Source: an uncultured Pseudomonadota bacterium (GTDB lineage: Bacteria; SAR324; NAC60-12). From it: a DNA stretch of 15,242 bases. This document shows, piece after piece, positions 6,642 through 15,242 of the stretch; positions within the stretch are counted from its first letter, which is position 1, and every line of letters starts with the position of its first letter. The notes below the pieces were generated by a model. The model did not search any database. It worked only from the letters and a program-made list of their open reading frames with translations, and was not told the DNA's origin. Location of the stretch: assembly GCA_913020725.1 (NCBI GenBank), contig CAJWCD010000091.1, forward strand, positions 1 through 15,242, written 5' to 3'. The position numbers and the translations under genes are program-made.

Positions 6642-7358
6642 CTAACGCAGGGCCGTGCGCATCCGGTAGAGCCGTCCCGGATGACAGAGGCGGGTGTAGG
6701 TGACGAGGTTGCCTTGGCTCCAGGTGCGGCGCTCCACCACGAAGAGCGCGTCATTTTCTGCAACCTCCAGCAGCTCGGCTTCTTCCGCAGTGGCGTTTGC
6801 GGCGGAAAGCACATGCTCGGCATCGGTCCACGGCACACGCTCCACCAGCCAGCGGTTGGGGCCGATTTCCTCAAAACTCTCCTTGCCCGCTTCCGGAACG
6901 GTGTCCAAGTTAATCCAACGTTCCTCCAACTGATACGGCACCTCGTTCGCGTAGTGCAGGCAGCGCAAATGCAGGGCACGGACTTTGGGGCCGGATTCCA
7001 ACTTGCCCCGAATTGCCGCTGACGGAACCCCTATTTTGCGGTGTAAGAGGGCATAGCGATACACTGATCCCGTGCCCTCAATCTCCAGATCAATGCGCGG
7101 GATGGCGAAACTCGCCGAGCGTGACACTGGCACCGTGACACGGGTCCCCGCTTTACGCCGCCGCTCCAAGACACCTTCCTCGGCAAGTTCCCGCAGTGCT
7201 CGGTGGACGGTCACGCGAGCACAGCCGAAATCCTTGGACAAGGCTTCCTCCCCCGGAATCAACGCACCGGGCTTCCATTCGCCGGATTGAATACGCTCAC
7301 GAGCCACCTGCTTGATGTGCAGATAAATCGGGACTCCTGTGTTGGTTTTTCTCATCAT
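6642..7358 (-). CDS. hutC: Histidine utilisation repressor (GntR/UTRA)
   Basis: P.Y..IK....ERIQSGEW.PG..IP.E..L...FGCARVTVHRALRELAEEG...RRRKAGT.V followed by a UTRA domain (QLEERWIN, PNRWL, RRTW). Overlaps the hutF stop codon. Confidence 0.9.
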   Translation of the reverse strand: MMRKTNTGVPIYLHIKQVARERIQSGEWKPGALIPGEEALSKDFGCARVTVHRALRELAEEGVLERRRKAGTRVTVPVSRSASFAIPRIDLEIEGTGSVYRYALLHRKIGVPSAAIRGKLESGPKVRALHLRCLHYANEVPYQLEERWINLDTVPEAGKESFEEIGPNRWLVERVPWTDAEHVLSAANATAEEAELLEVAENDALFVVERRTWSQGNLVTYTRLCHPGRLYRMRTALR

Positions 7359-8725
7359 TCCCCTTCTTGAAGTTCCTGAATCACGAAGCGGTAGCGCCTT
7401 GCGATTTGTTCATGTTGCACATGCCGTCCGTTTTCTACCACCGCACGCCCTGCCGACCAGACTTCTCTCACAAGTGAATCATCTCCTGCAAAAATCCAGC
7501 GGTCCAAAATCTCGTCTTCGGCGCAGCCCCACATCAAAAGTGACTCTGCATCGAGCGTGAGCAAATCCGCCCAGCGTCCGGCTTCGATCCTCCCGGAGTT
7601 GCGAGCCAATGCCTGCGCACCTCCGGCCAAGGCACTTTCATAAAGCGCTCGCCCCACCGAGCCGGATTCCGGGACCAGCACATTGCGGGCCTGTTGCGCA
7701 AGGCGCTGGCCATACTCCAACAAGCGCAGTTCTTCTACAAGCGAGATGCGTACATTGGAATCAGACCCCACCCCGTATTTTCCTCCGGAAGCCAAGAATC
7801 TCGGCCCGTCGAAAATGCCATCGCCCAAGTTGGCTTCGGTGATCGGACACAAGCCCGCAACGGCTCCGGATTTTGCAAAAGCCGCCGTTTCTTCCGGAGT
7901 CATGTGAGTCGCGTGGATCAAGCACCAGCGAGCATCAACTGGACGGTTGTGCAGCAGCCACTCCACCGGACGGGCGCCGTAACTTTCTTGAAGTTCCTCA
8001 ACCTCTTTCACTTGCTCTGCAATGTGGATGTGGATTGGTCCGCTTGGCCGCGCATCCGTGATCGTTGCCAGTGCTTCCGGAGCAGCCGCCCGCAGCGAGT
8101 GCGGCGCGATGCCCAGCACATAATCCTCCGGAGCTTTGGAGAGTGCGGCCTGTGCTTGCTCTAGCAGATGGGCAAACTCGTCCGGAGAGTTGCCAAAGCG
8201 CAACTGGCCTCCCGCGAGTGCCTTGCCGTCCACCCCGCCCTGCATGTAGAACACGGGCAGGTGCGTGAGGCCGATTCCGGTTTGCTGCGCGGCGGCAATG
8301 GCTCGTAGCGAGGTTTCTGCAATGTTGTCGTGGTGCGTTCCTCCTACTTGGTGGTGAACGTAATGGAACTCGCCCACCGACGCATAGCCGCATTCGAGCA
8401 TTTCCATGAACACGAGTGCTGCAATCGCCTCGATGTGCTCCGGAGTCAGGCGTTCCAGAAAACGATACATCAGTTCCCGCCAACTCCAGAAACTGTCCCG
8501 TCCGGTCAGTCGTTGCTCGGTGAGTCCAGCCATTGCGCGTTGGAAGGCGTGGCTGTGCAGATTCGCCAAAGCGGGGAGCAGAATGCGGCCTTTCAACTGC
8601 TGATCTTCGCCGTTGGCCTCGATTCCGGATTCCACGGCGGCAATGCACCCGCGTTCGTCAATCGTCACCCGGACGTTCTTTTCCCAACCCGTGGAGGTCA
8701 GGGCCAGTTCTGCAAAAAGTTTCAT
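7355..8725 (-). CDS. hutF: Formimidoylglutamate deiminase
   Basis: PALANLHSHAFQRAMAGL, DSFWSWRELMY, EFHYVHH, APHSLRA, HIHIAEQ.KEV, CPITEANLGDG and GSDSN. Confidence 0.96.
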   Translation of the reverse strand: MKLFAELALTSTGWEKNVRVTIDERGCIAAVESGIEANGEDQQLKGRILLPALANLHSHAFQRAMAGLTEQRLTGRDSFWSWRELMYRFLERLTPEHIEAIAALVFMEMLECGYASVGEFHYVHHQVGGTHHDNIAETSLRAIAAAQQTGIGLTHLPVFYMQGGVDGKALAGGQLRFGNSPDEFAHLLEQAQAALSKAPEDYVLGIAPHSLRAAAPEALATITDARPSGPIHIHIAEQVKEVEELQESYGARPVEWLLHNRPVDARWCLIHATHMTPEETAAFAKSGAVAGLCPITEANLGDGIFDGPRFLASGGKYGVGSDSNVRISLVEELRLLEYGQRLAQQARNVLVPESGSVGRALYESALAGGAQALARNSGRIEAGRWADLLTLDAESLLMWGCAEDEILDRWIFAGDDSLVREVWSAGRAVVENGRHVQHEQIARRYRFVIQELQEGE

Positions 8726-8742
8726 GGGTTTCTTATCGTGGA

Positions 8743-9270
8743 TCAGGCTTTTGGGTCTGGCTTGAAGCCAATCTGAGGTTTGGGATTCGTGTCCGGTGGA
8801 CTGAGCAGAGGCCGGAGCTTTTGGTACAGGTCGCGCAGGGCGCTGTCATGGGAGAGCAGAGTCTTTTCGATCTCGGCAAGCCGTTGCAGGATTTTCTGGT
8901 TGGTGGCCAAGGCTTCCCGCATTTTCACAAACGCACGCATGATGAAGAGGCTCATCGCGGTCGCCTGCTCTGAGCGGAGAACCGTCGAGGCCATCAGTGC
9001 CCCGTGTTCGGTGAAGACGCGAGGTGAGTACCGACGGCCTCCATATCCAGAACTTGAAGTCACAATTTGTGACCTCAAGTTTGTAACCTCCTGATTATTC
9101 AGGATAAACGAAAAATCTTCAGGGAAGCGATCCTTGTTTCGAGCGACAGCCTGATTCAGGGCTTTGGTGGTCACTCCGTCGAGGTCGGCAAGGTTGGAAT
9201 CGAGGATCACAGTCTGTCCTCGGATGGAGTGAATGCGGTCTTGGATGAGGGGGACTTGTGTTTCGTCCAT
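8743..9270 (-). CDS. ORF6N domain DNA-binding protein
   Basis: I..IRGQ.VILDS.LA.L.GV.TKALNQAV.RN..RFPEDF.F.L...E...LRSQIVTS...GGRRY.P.VFTEHGA.M.STVL.S..A...S..I.RAFV.MR, then a coiled coil and a C-terminal IGF motif. Confidence 0.9.
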   Translation of the reverse strand: MDETQVPLIQDRIHSIRGQTVILDSNLADLDGVTTKALNQAVARNKDRFPEDFSFILNNQEVTNLRSQIVTSSSGYGGRRYSPRVFTEHGALMASTVLRSEQATAMSLFIMRAFVKMREALATNQKILQRLAEIEKTLLSHDSALRDLYQKLRPLLSPPDTNPKPQIGFKPDPKA

Positions 9271-9276
9271 CGTCAG

Positions 9277-9282
9277 ATTATA
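9277..9282 (-). promoter_or_regulatory. Consensus -10 box TATAAT for the ORF6N-hutF-hutC transcript
   Basis: Perfect TATAAT separated by 6 nt from the ORF6N ATG. No consensus -35. Confidence 0.5.
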
Positions 9283-9297
9283 AGTGTATCGTTGTAT

Positions 9298-9313
9298 TTT
9301 TGTATTGACAAAA
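9298..9313. promoter_or_regulatory. Putative HutC operator TTTTGTATTGACAAAA
   Basis: Dyad TTTTGT-N4-ACAAAA. The core TGTA-TT-GACA is one mismatch from the HutC box TGTA-N2-TACA. Lies in the divergent hut promoter region and overlaps the -35. Confidence 0.65.
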
Positions 9314-9333
9314 CAATCTTATAAGCATATAAA
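9305..9333 (+). promoter_or_regulatory. Putative sigma70 promoter for hutIHGU (TTGACA-17-TATAAA)
   Basis: -35 at 9305-9310, -10 at 9328-9333, 46 bp before the hutI ATG. Confidence 0.6.
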
Positions 9334-9379
9334 ATCTTCGACAAGATGAATCGAGAATGCTCCAACGAAGATCACTGCA

Positions 9380-10594
9380 ATGGCTGCAACCACCACCGTC
9401 TTACGAAATGCAAAGCTGGCCACGATGGTTCCGGGAAGCTCGCCCTATGGCCTGATCGAGCGCGGGGCCGTGGTCGTGTCCAAGGGGAAAATCGCGTGGA
9501 TTGGCTCCGAGAGTGAACTTCCGGAAAGCTATGCCGGGGCCGCTTGCCGGGACTTGGCTGGCCGACTGGTCACACCCGCGTTGGTGGACTGCCACACGCA
9601 TCTGGTTTATGGTGGCAGCCGCGCCACAGAGTTCGAGTTGCGGCTGGAGGGTGCGAGCTACGAGGAAATCGCCCGACGCGGTGGCGGCATCCTCAGCACA
9701 GTGACGGCAACCCGCAACGCCTCGGAGGATGAGTTGCTTGCCCAAGCCTTGCCACGACTGGAGGCGTTGCTGTCCGAGGGCATGGGTACCATCGAGATCA
9801 AGTCCGGCTACGGTCTCGATGTGGAAACCGAGCTCAAAATGCTGCGCGTAGCCCGCAAGCTGGGCGAAGCACGCAAGGTGCGCGTGCAGACCAGCTTTCT
9901 CGGTGCCCACGCGATTCCTCCAGAATACACTGGAAAAGTAGACGAGTACATCGCCCTTGTCTGCGGGGAAAGCCTGCCCGCCGCTCATGCCGAAGGACTC
10001 GCGGACGCAGTGGATGGTTTTTGCGAGGGCATTGCTTTTTCTCCGGAACAGATGGCTCGTGTCTTTGACAAGGCGCAAGCACTGGGCATTCCAGTGAAAC
10101 TCCACGCCGAACAGCTTTCGAATCTCGGAGGAACCGCACTGGCCGCTTCCTACGGTGCCTTGTCCGCCGATCATTTGGAGTACCTCGACGAAGCCGGAAT
10201 CGAGGCTATGGCAAAATCTGGAACGATCGCGGTGCTGCTTCCCGGTGCGTTCTACACGCTTCGAGAAACAAAACTCCCGCCGCTGGATGGCCTGCGCCAA
10301 GCCGGGGTTCCCATCGCCATCGCCACCGACTGCAATCCCGGCTCCTCGCCGCTGACCTCGTTGCTGCTCTGCATAAACATGGCCTGCACGCTCTTTCGGA
10401 TGACTCCGGAGGAAAGCCTTGCCGGAGTGACCCGCGAGGCCGCCAGAGCTTTGGGCATTGCTGAACAAGTCGGGACACTGGAGGTCGGGAAAAAAGCGGA
10501 ACTCGCGGTTTGGAATGTGGATCAACCCGCCGAACTCGCCTACCGCGTCGGCTTCAACCCGCTGCACCAACGCATTTTCGGAGATGTTTCGTGA
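9380..10594 (+). CDS. hutI: Imidazolonepropionase
   Basis: [72 protein letters not shown] and [10 protein letters not shown]. Confidence 0.97.
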   Translation: MAATTTVLRNAKLATMVPGSSPYGLIERGAVVVSKGKIAWIGSESELPESYAGAACRDLAGRLVTPALVDCHTHLVYGGSRATEFELRLEGASYEEIARRGGGILSTVTATRNASEDELLAQALPRLEALLSEGMGTIEIKSGYGLDVETELKMLRVARKLGEARKVRVQTSFLGAHAIPPEYTGKVDEYIALVCGESLPAAHAEGLADAVDGFCEGIAFSPEQMARVFDKAQALGIPVKLHAEQLSNLGGTALAASYGALSADHLEYLDEAGIEAMAKSGTIAVLLPGAFYTLRETKLPPLDGLRQAGVPIAIATDCNPGSSPLTSLLLCINMACTLFRMTPEESLAGVTREAARALGIAEQVGTLEVGKKAELAVWNVDQPAELAYRVGFNPLHQRIFGDVS

Positions 10595-12126
10595 CTTTGA
10601 CGCTCACGCCGGGAACCACCACCCTTGACGAACTTGCCCAACTTTACTGGGAAAGTCCAGCCCTGCGACTGGCTCCGGAAGCACGGGAGTCTGTGGAAAC
10701 CGCCGCGCGTCGTGTGGCTGAAGCCGCCGAGGGCAGCAATCCGGTTTATGGCGTCAACACCGGTTTTGGCAAGCTCGCCAGCACTCGCATCCCTCCGGAA
10801 CAGACCACTCTCTTGCAGCGTAACTTGATCCTCTCGCACTGCTGCGGAGTCGGTGATCCGCTTCCAGAATCGGCGGTGCGGCTAGTGATGGCACTCAAGC
10901 TGCTCTCCTTGGGGCGCGGGGCTTCCGGAGTGCGCTGGGTGGTGATCGAGCAGATCGAGGCTTTGCTCGCCCACGGGGTGTTGCCCGTGATTCCTGCCCA
11001 AGGCTCGGTGGGTGCGTCCGGAGACCTCGCTCCGCTGGCGCACATGACCGCCGTGCTGATCGGCGAAGGGCAGGCGACCTTTGCGGGACAAGTGATGTCC
11101 GGCGCCGAAGCCTTGGCCGCGATTGACCGCGCTCCCTTGACGCTTGGTGCGAAGGAAGGTCTGGCGCTGATCAACGGCACTCAGGTTTCCACGGCCCTCG
11201 CCCTGGCCGGGGTGTTTGAGGGCTGGCGCTGCGCGTTGGGCGCCTTGATCACTGGAGCACTTTCCACCGATGCAGCAATGGCCTCGACGGCTCCTTTCCA
11301 TCCCGAAATCCACACCCTGCGCGGACACCAAGGGCAAATCGCTGCGGCTCAAGCACTCCGCAACCTGATGTCCGGCTCCCAAATCCGGGAATCGCACCGC
11401 AACGATGATGTGCGGGTGCAAGACCCCTACTGCATTCGCTGCCAGCCCCAAGTGACCGGAGCTTGCCTCGATCTGCTCCGACATGTCGCCCAAACCCTTG
11501 TCGTCGAGGCCAATGCAGTTACAGACAACCCGCTTGTCCTCAGTGACGGCACAATTGTCTCCGGAGGAAATTTCCACGCCGAACCTGTTGCTTTTGCTGC
11601 CGATCAAACCGCCCTCGCGCTTGCAGAAATCGGAGCGATTGCCCAGCGGCGTGTGGCTTTGCTGGTGGATCCCAACCTCAATTTTGGTCTGCCGCCGTTT
11701 CTTTCTCCGGATGCTGGAGTCAATTCCGGCTTCATGATTGCGGAGGTCACGTCCGCCGCGCTGATGTCGGAAAACAAGCACCTCGCCAATCCTTGTTCCA
11801 CCGACTCGACCCCGACCAGCGCCGACCAGGAGGATCACGTTTCGATGGCGGCTCACGCGGCGCGGCGGTTGCTGCGGATGGTGGACAACCTTGGGCGAAT
11901 TTTGGGGATTGAGTTGCTTGCTGCTGCCCAAGGCTTGGAATTCCGCAAACCGCTCGCCACCAGCACCACCCTGCAAAACGTGCTGGCCGTGGTGCGCTCC
12001 GAAATTCCAGCATTGCAGGAAGACCGCTACATGGCTCCAGATTTGGAAACTGCCGCCCGACTTATCCGGAATGGGATTTTGATCGAAAAGGCAGGGGAAA
12101 ACTTATTTCCAAAACTGGAGGCTTGA
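10591..12126 (+). CDS. hutH: Histidine ammonia-lyase (start reassigned to GTG 10591)
   Basis: [35 protein letters not shown] (MIO-forming Ala-Ser-Gly), [30 protein letters not shown] and [12 protein letters not shown] overlap with the hutI stop codon. Confidence 0.97.
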   Translation: MTLTLTPGTTTLDELAQLYWESPALRLAPEARESVETAARRVAEAAEGSNPVYGVNTGFGKLASTRIPPEQTTLLQRNLILSHCCGVGDPLPESAVRLVMALKLLSLGRGASGVRWVVIEQIEALLAHGVLPVIPAQGSVGASGDLAPLAHMTAVLIGEGQATFAGQVMSGAEALAAIDRAPLTLGAKEGLALINGTQVSTALALAGVFEGWRCALGALITGALSTDAAMASTAPFHPEIHTLRGHQGQIAAAQALRNLMSGSQIRESHRNDDVRVQDPYCIRCQPQVTGACLDLLRHVAQTLVVEANAVTDNPLVLSDGTIVSGGNFHAEPVAFAADQTALALAEIGAIAQRRVALLVDPNLNFGLPPFLSPDAGVNSGFMIAEVTSAALMSENKHLANPCSTDSTPTSADQEDHVSMAAHAARRLLRMVDNLGRILGIELLAAAQGLEFRKPLATSTTLQNVLAVVRSEIPALQEDRYMAPDLETAARLIRNGILIEKAGENLFPKLEA

Positions 12127-12939
12127 ATGAACCCCGTTGCAGTCACCACAGGCAGCAGCCCCGTTATCCTTGGGCAGCCACACGGCGGAACCCACCTTCC
12201 GCCCGAACTGGCCGAGCGGCTGAACGAGCGTGGCCGTGATCTCGCCGACACAGACTGGCACATCCACCAACTCTACGACGGCCTGCTCCCGGAAGCGACC
12301 GTCGTGCAGGCGACCTTCTCGCGCTACGTCATCGACGCAAACCGCGACCCTTCCGGAGTATCGCTTTATCCAGGACAGAACACCACTGGGTTGTGTTCCA
12401 CCGTCGATTTTGAGGGAGAGCCGATCTATCGTGACGGCACTGAGCCAGACGAGGCGGAAATCGAGCAGCGGCGGCAAACGTACCACGCGGCCTACCATGC
12501 GGCCCTCGCGGAGCAGATTGAGCGTGTCCGGAAGCAGCACGGCATCGCGCTGCTGTTCGACTGCCACTCGATTCGTTCCCGGTTGCCGTTCCTCTTCGAG
12601 GGACAACTCCCGGATTTCAACCTTGGCACGAACAACGGAACCACCTGCGCTCTGGAAATCGAGCAGGCGGCGCTTGCGGTTTGTTCGGCAGCGGAAGGCG
12701 TCACTTCCGTGTTGAACGGACGCTTCAAGGGCGGCTGGAGCACTCGGCATTACGGCAATCCTGTCAACGGCGTTCACGCCATCCAACTCGAACTGTCGCA
12801 AATCACTTACATGGAGGAAGTCACGCCGTGGTCCTATCGACCGGATCGTGCGGGTTCTCTCCGGCCCCACCTCAAATCACTCCTGACTCGTCTGGAAGAC
12901 GTTGTGACGGGCATCATCCACCTCAGCAAAGAAACATAG
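12127..12939 (+). CDS. hutG: N-formylglutamate deformylase / amidohydrolase
   Basis: [71 protein letters not shown] and HAIQLEL.Q. Confidence 0.95.
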   Translation: MNPVAVTTGSSPVILGQPHGGTHLPPELAERLNERGRDLADTDWHIHQLYDGLLPEATVVQATFSRYVIDANRDPSGVSLYPGQNTTGLCSTVDFEGEPIYRDGTEPDEAEIEQRRQTYHAAYHAALAEQIERVRKQHGIALLFDCHSIRSRLPFLFEGQLPDFNLGTNNGTTCALEIEQAALAVCSAAEGVTSVLNGRFKGGWSTRHYGNPVNGVHAIQLELSQITYMEEVTPWSYRPDRAGSLRPHLKSLLTRLEDVVTGIIHLSKET

Positions 12940-12941
12940 CC

Positions 12942-14612
12942 ATGCCTGACTCGCATCACACTCCCCGGACGATTCGCGCCCCTCGTGGCACCAAACTCAA
13001 CTGCCGCTCATGGCTCACCGAAGCCCCGTACCGGATGCTGATGAACAACCTCGATCCGGAGGTTGCTGAGAACCCCGACGAACTCGTGGTGTACGGCGGC
13101 ATCGGCAAGGCCGCCCGCACTTGGAAGGACTTCGACCTCATCACCGAAACCCTGAAGACGCTGGGCGACGACGAGACGCTGCTTGTGCAGTCCGGAAAGC
13201 CTGTTGGCGTGTTTCGCACCCATGCCGACGCGCCCCGCGTCCTGATTGCCAACTCGAACCTCGTCCCGCACTGGGCGACGATGGATCATTTCAACGAACT
13301 CGACCGCAAAGGATTGATGATGTTCGGACAGATGACGGCGGGCAGTTGGATTTACATCGCCTCACAAGGCATTGTGCAGGGCACTTACGAAACCTTCGTC
13401 GAGGCCGGACGGCAGCACTACGGCGGGGATTGGTCTGGACGCTGGATTCTCACTGCCGGACTTGGCGGCATGGGCGGGGCACAACCGCTTGCAGCGACGA
13501 TGGCCGGAGTCTCGTGCCTTGCCGTGGAGTGCGATCCGACCCGCATCGACTTCCGCCTGCGCACCCGCTACCTCGACGAGAAGGCCGGCACGCTGGACGA
13601 GGCGCTGGCAATCCTGGAGCAGGCGAAAGCGGAAGGCCGCGCCGTTTCGGTCGGGCTGCTCGGCAATGCTGCTGAGATTGTCCCGGAACTGGTCCGTCGC
13701 GGAATTCGCCCAGACCTCGTCACAGACCAAACCTCCGCTCACGATCCAGTGAATGGCTACTTGCCCATCGGCTGGACGCTGGAGAAATGGCGGACCCAGC
13801 AGAAAAACGATCCGAAGGCGGTGGAACAGGCCGCCCGGGCTTCCATGAAGGTGCATGTGCAGGCGATGCTCGATTGCTGGAATCAAGGCATCCCCACGGT
13901 TGATTACGGCAACAACATCCGCCAGTTCGCGCTTGAAGAAGGCTTGCAGGACGCCTTCGCGTTTCCGGGCTTCATCCCGGCGTACCTCCGTCCCCTGCTC
14001 TGCCGGGGCATCGGCCCCTTCCGTTGGGCCGCGCTTTCCGGTGATCCGGAGGATATCTATAAGACAGATGCTAAAGTCAAGGAACTGATGCCGAAAAGTC
14101 CACATCTTCATAATTGGCTTACCATGGCCAGGGAACGCATCAAATTTCAGGGTCTACCGTCCCGTATTTGCTGGCTTGGATTGGGTGACCGTCATCGCAT
14201 TGGCCTGGCCTTCAATGAAATGGTGAAAAATGGAGAACTGTCGGCTCCTCTAGTAGTTGGACGGGATCATTTGGATTCCGGTTCAGTAGCCAGCCCCAAT
14301 CGGGAAACGGAAGGCATGATTGATGGTTCAGATGCAGTTTCCGACTGGCCGTTTCTAAATGCTATGCTCAATACAGCCTCTGGTGCCACTTGGGTGTCCA
14401 TTCATCATGGCGGCGGGGTCGGCATGGGCTTCTCCCAGCATTCTGGCATGGTGATTGTCGCCGATGGCACAGAAGCGGCCGCCAAACGCCTTGCCAATGT
14501 GCTGGTCAATGACTGTGGCAGTGGCGTCATGCGTCATGCTGATGCAGGCTATGAGGATGCTATCCAGTGTGCTAAAGAACATCAACTTAATCTACCAAGC
14601 CTATTCGGGTGA
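12942..14612 (+). CDS. hutU: Urocanate hydratase (start reassigned to ATG 12942)
   Basis: IRAPRGT.L...[67 protein letters not shown] and RHADAGY. Confidence 0.97.
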   Translation: MPDSHHTPRTIRAPRGTKLNCRSWLTEAPYRMLMNNLDPEVAENPDELVVYGGIGKAARTWKDFDLITETLKTLGDDETLLVQSGKPVGVFRTHADAPRVLIANSNLVPHWATMDHFNELDRKGLMMFGQMTAGSWIYIASQGIVQGTYETFVEAGRQHYGGDWSGRWILTAGLGGMGGAQPLAATMAGVSCLAVECDPTRIDFRLRTRYLDEKAGTLDEALAILEQAKAEGRAVSVGLLGNAAEIVPELVRRGIRPDLVTDQTSAHDPVNGYLPIGWTLEKWRTQQKNDPKAVEQAARASMKVHVQAMLDCWNQGIPTVDYGNNIRQFALEEGLQDAFAFPGFIPAYLRPLLCRGIGPFRWAALSGDPEDIYKTDAKVKELMPKSPHLHNWLTMARERIKFQGLPSRICWLGLGDRHRIGLAFNEMVKNGELSAPLVVGRDHLDSGSVASPNRETEGMIDGSDAVSDWPFLNAMLNTASGATWVSIHHGGGVGMGFSQHSGMVIVADGTEAAAKRLANVLVNDCGSGVMRHADAGYEDAIQCAKEHQLNLPSLFG

Positions 14613-14658
14613 CTAGGTTATCTAATTCTAAAATTTAAAACGTGGAGGAGTAACTAAA

Positions 14659-15242
14659 ATGAAAATACGGCTAATTTCCACAGTATTTTTCTGTGCACTG
14701 GTGTTTTCCGCTTTGGCGACAATACCTTCTGCCCATGCACAAAAGGTTTTAAAATTAGCGAGTTTTGTGCCCCCTATTTACGTTCTGCATAAGCCCATAT
14801 TTTTAAAACTAGCTGCAGATCTGAAGGCCGCAACCAACGGTTCCGTGAATATCAAGGTGTATCCGTCTGGTGAATTAGGTAAAGGACCACTTGAACAGTA
14901 CCAGCGGGCGGTGAAGCGCATAGCAGAAATTAGCTACGGTTTACAGGGTTATACCTCGCCATTGTTTCCTCGTAACCTATTGGTGGAACTACCTGGCGTA
15001 GCAGATAATCCTGAAGATGCGACGCGTAAAATATGGAAGGTGATGGACAAATATTTACGCGCAGAGTATCGGGGTACACGACCTCTAGCGGCATTTGCAA
15101 CGGCCCCTGCCGTCATTATGAGCAACACCAAACCGGTGCATTCTCCTTCTGACATGAAGGGCATGAAAATCCGAGTGCCTTCCAAGTCAGCTGCTGCTGT
15201 GGTTAAAGCATATGGCGCAACACCGGTTCTGATGCCAGCTAC
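14659..15242 (+). CDS. TRAP transporter substrate-binding protein (DctP family), truncated by the window end
   Basis: Not in the ORF track because it has no stop in the window. RBS GGAGGAG at 14644-14650. Manual translation gives MKIRLISTVFFCALVFSALATIPSAHA|QKVLKLASF (signal peptide, AxA site), ATNGSVNIKVYPSGELG, ELPG and DMKGMKIRVP...VKAYGATPV.MP. Confidence 0.9.
   Translation, partial: MKIRLISTVFFCALVFSALATIPSAHAQKVLKLASFVPPIYVLHKPIFLKLAADLKAATNGSVNIKVYPSGELGKGPLEQYQRAVKRIAEISYGLQGYTSPLFPRNLLVELPGVADNPEDATRKIWKVMDKYLRAEYRGTRPLAAFATAPAVIMSNTKPVHSPSDMKGMKIRVPSKSAAAVVKAYGATPVLMPA

Noticed and set aside
6628..6649. GTTCGCCCTAACGCA at the hutC stop, resembling 1421-1440 and containing a GTTAGGG core on the minus strand
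   Set aside because: No L boxes or partner R box, and it overlaps the hutC stop codon; likely coincidental.
9401..11976. Long antisense ORFs (389 aa at 9401-10570, 364 aa at 10882-11976), and similarly 4552-5616 and 13362-14111
   Set aside because: Shadow frames opposite well-conserved GC-rich genes, with no recognisable motifs.
10510..12941. N-terminal extensions of hutH (from 10510) and hutU (from 12681) in the ORF track
   Set aside because: They overlap the upstream genes and lack family similarity; coupled starts at 10591 and 12942 fit better.
1..15242. CRISPR array, tRNA/rRNA genes, transposase or integrase
   Set aside because: No regularly spaced direct repeats, cloverleaf-like sequences or recombinase motifs were seen by eye.

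Overview
Bacterial chromosomal window with three parts. (1) Left end (about 1-1484, AT-rich): the start of what looks like an integron gene-cassette array on the minus strand, with no integrase in view. It has three attC-type sites (78-150, 1075-1151, and a degenerate one at 1431-1484 that embeds a sigma70-like promoter). These frame a PhzF-family cassette and a roughly 355-bp cassette with no recognisable gene. (2) A GC-rich minus-strand block (mtnA, amidase, gluQ), then a small SutA-like ORF behind a long structured leader, divergent from a GntR/FCD regulator. (3) A complete five-enzyme histidine utilisation locus: hutC and hutF on the minus strand, hutI-hutH-hutG-hutU on the plus strand. 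An ORF6N-domain gene sits between the divergent promoter and hutF, base composition shifts abruptly inside hutU near 14045, and a TRAP DctP gene runs off the right end. All calls come from reading the sequence and recalling motifs; no searches were run.
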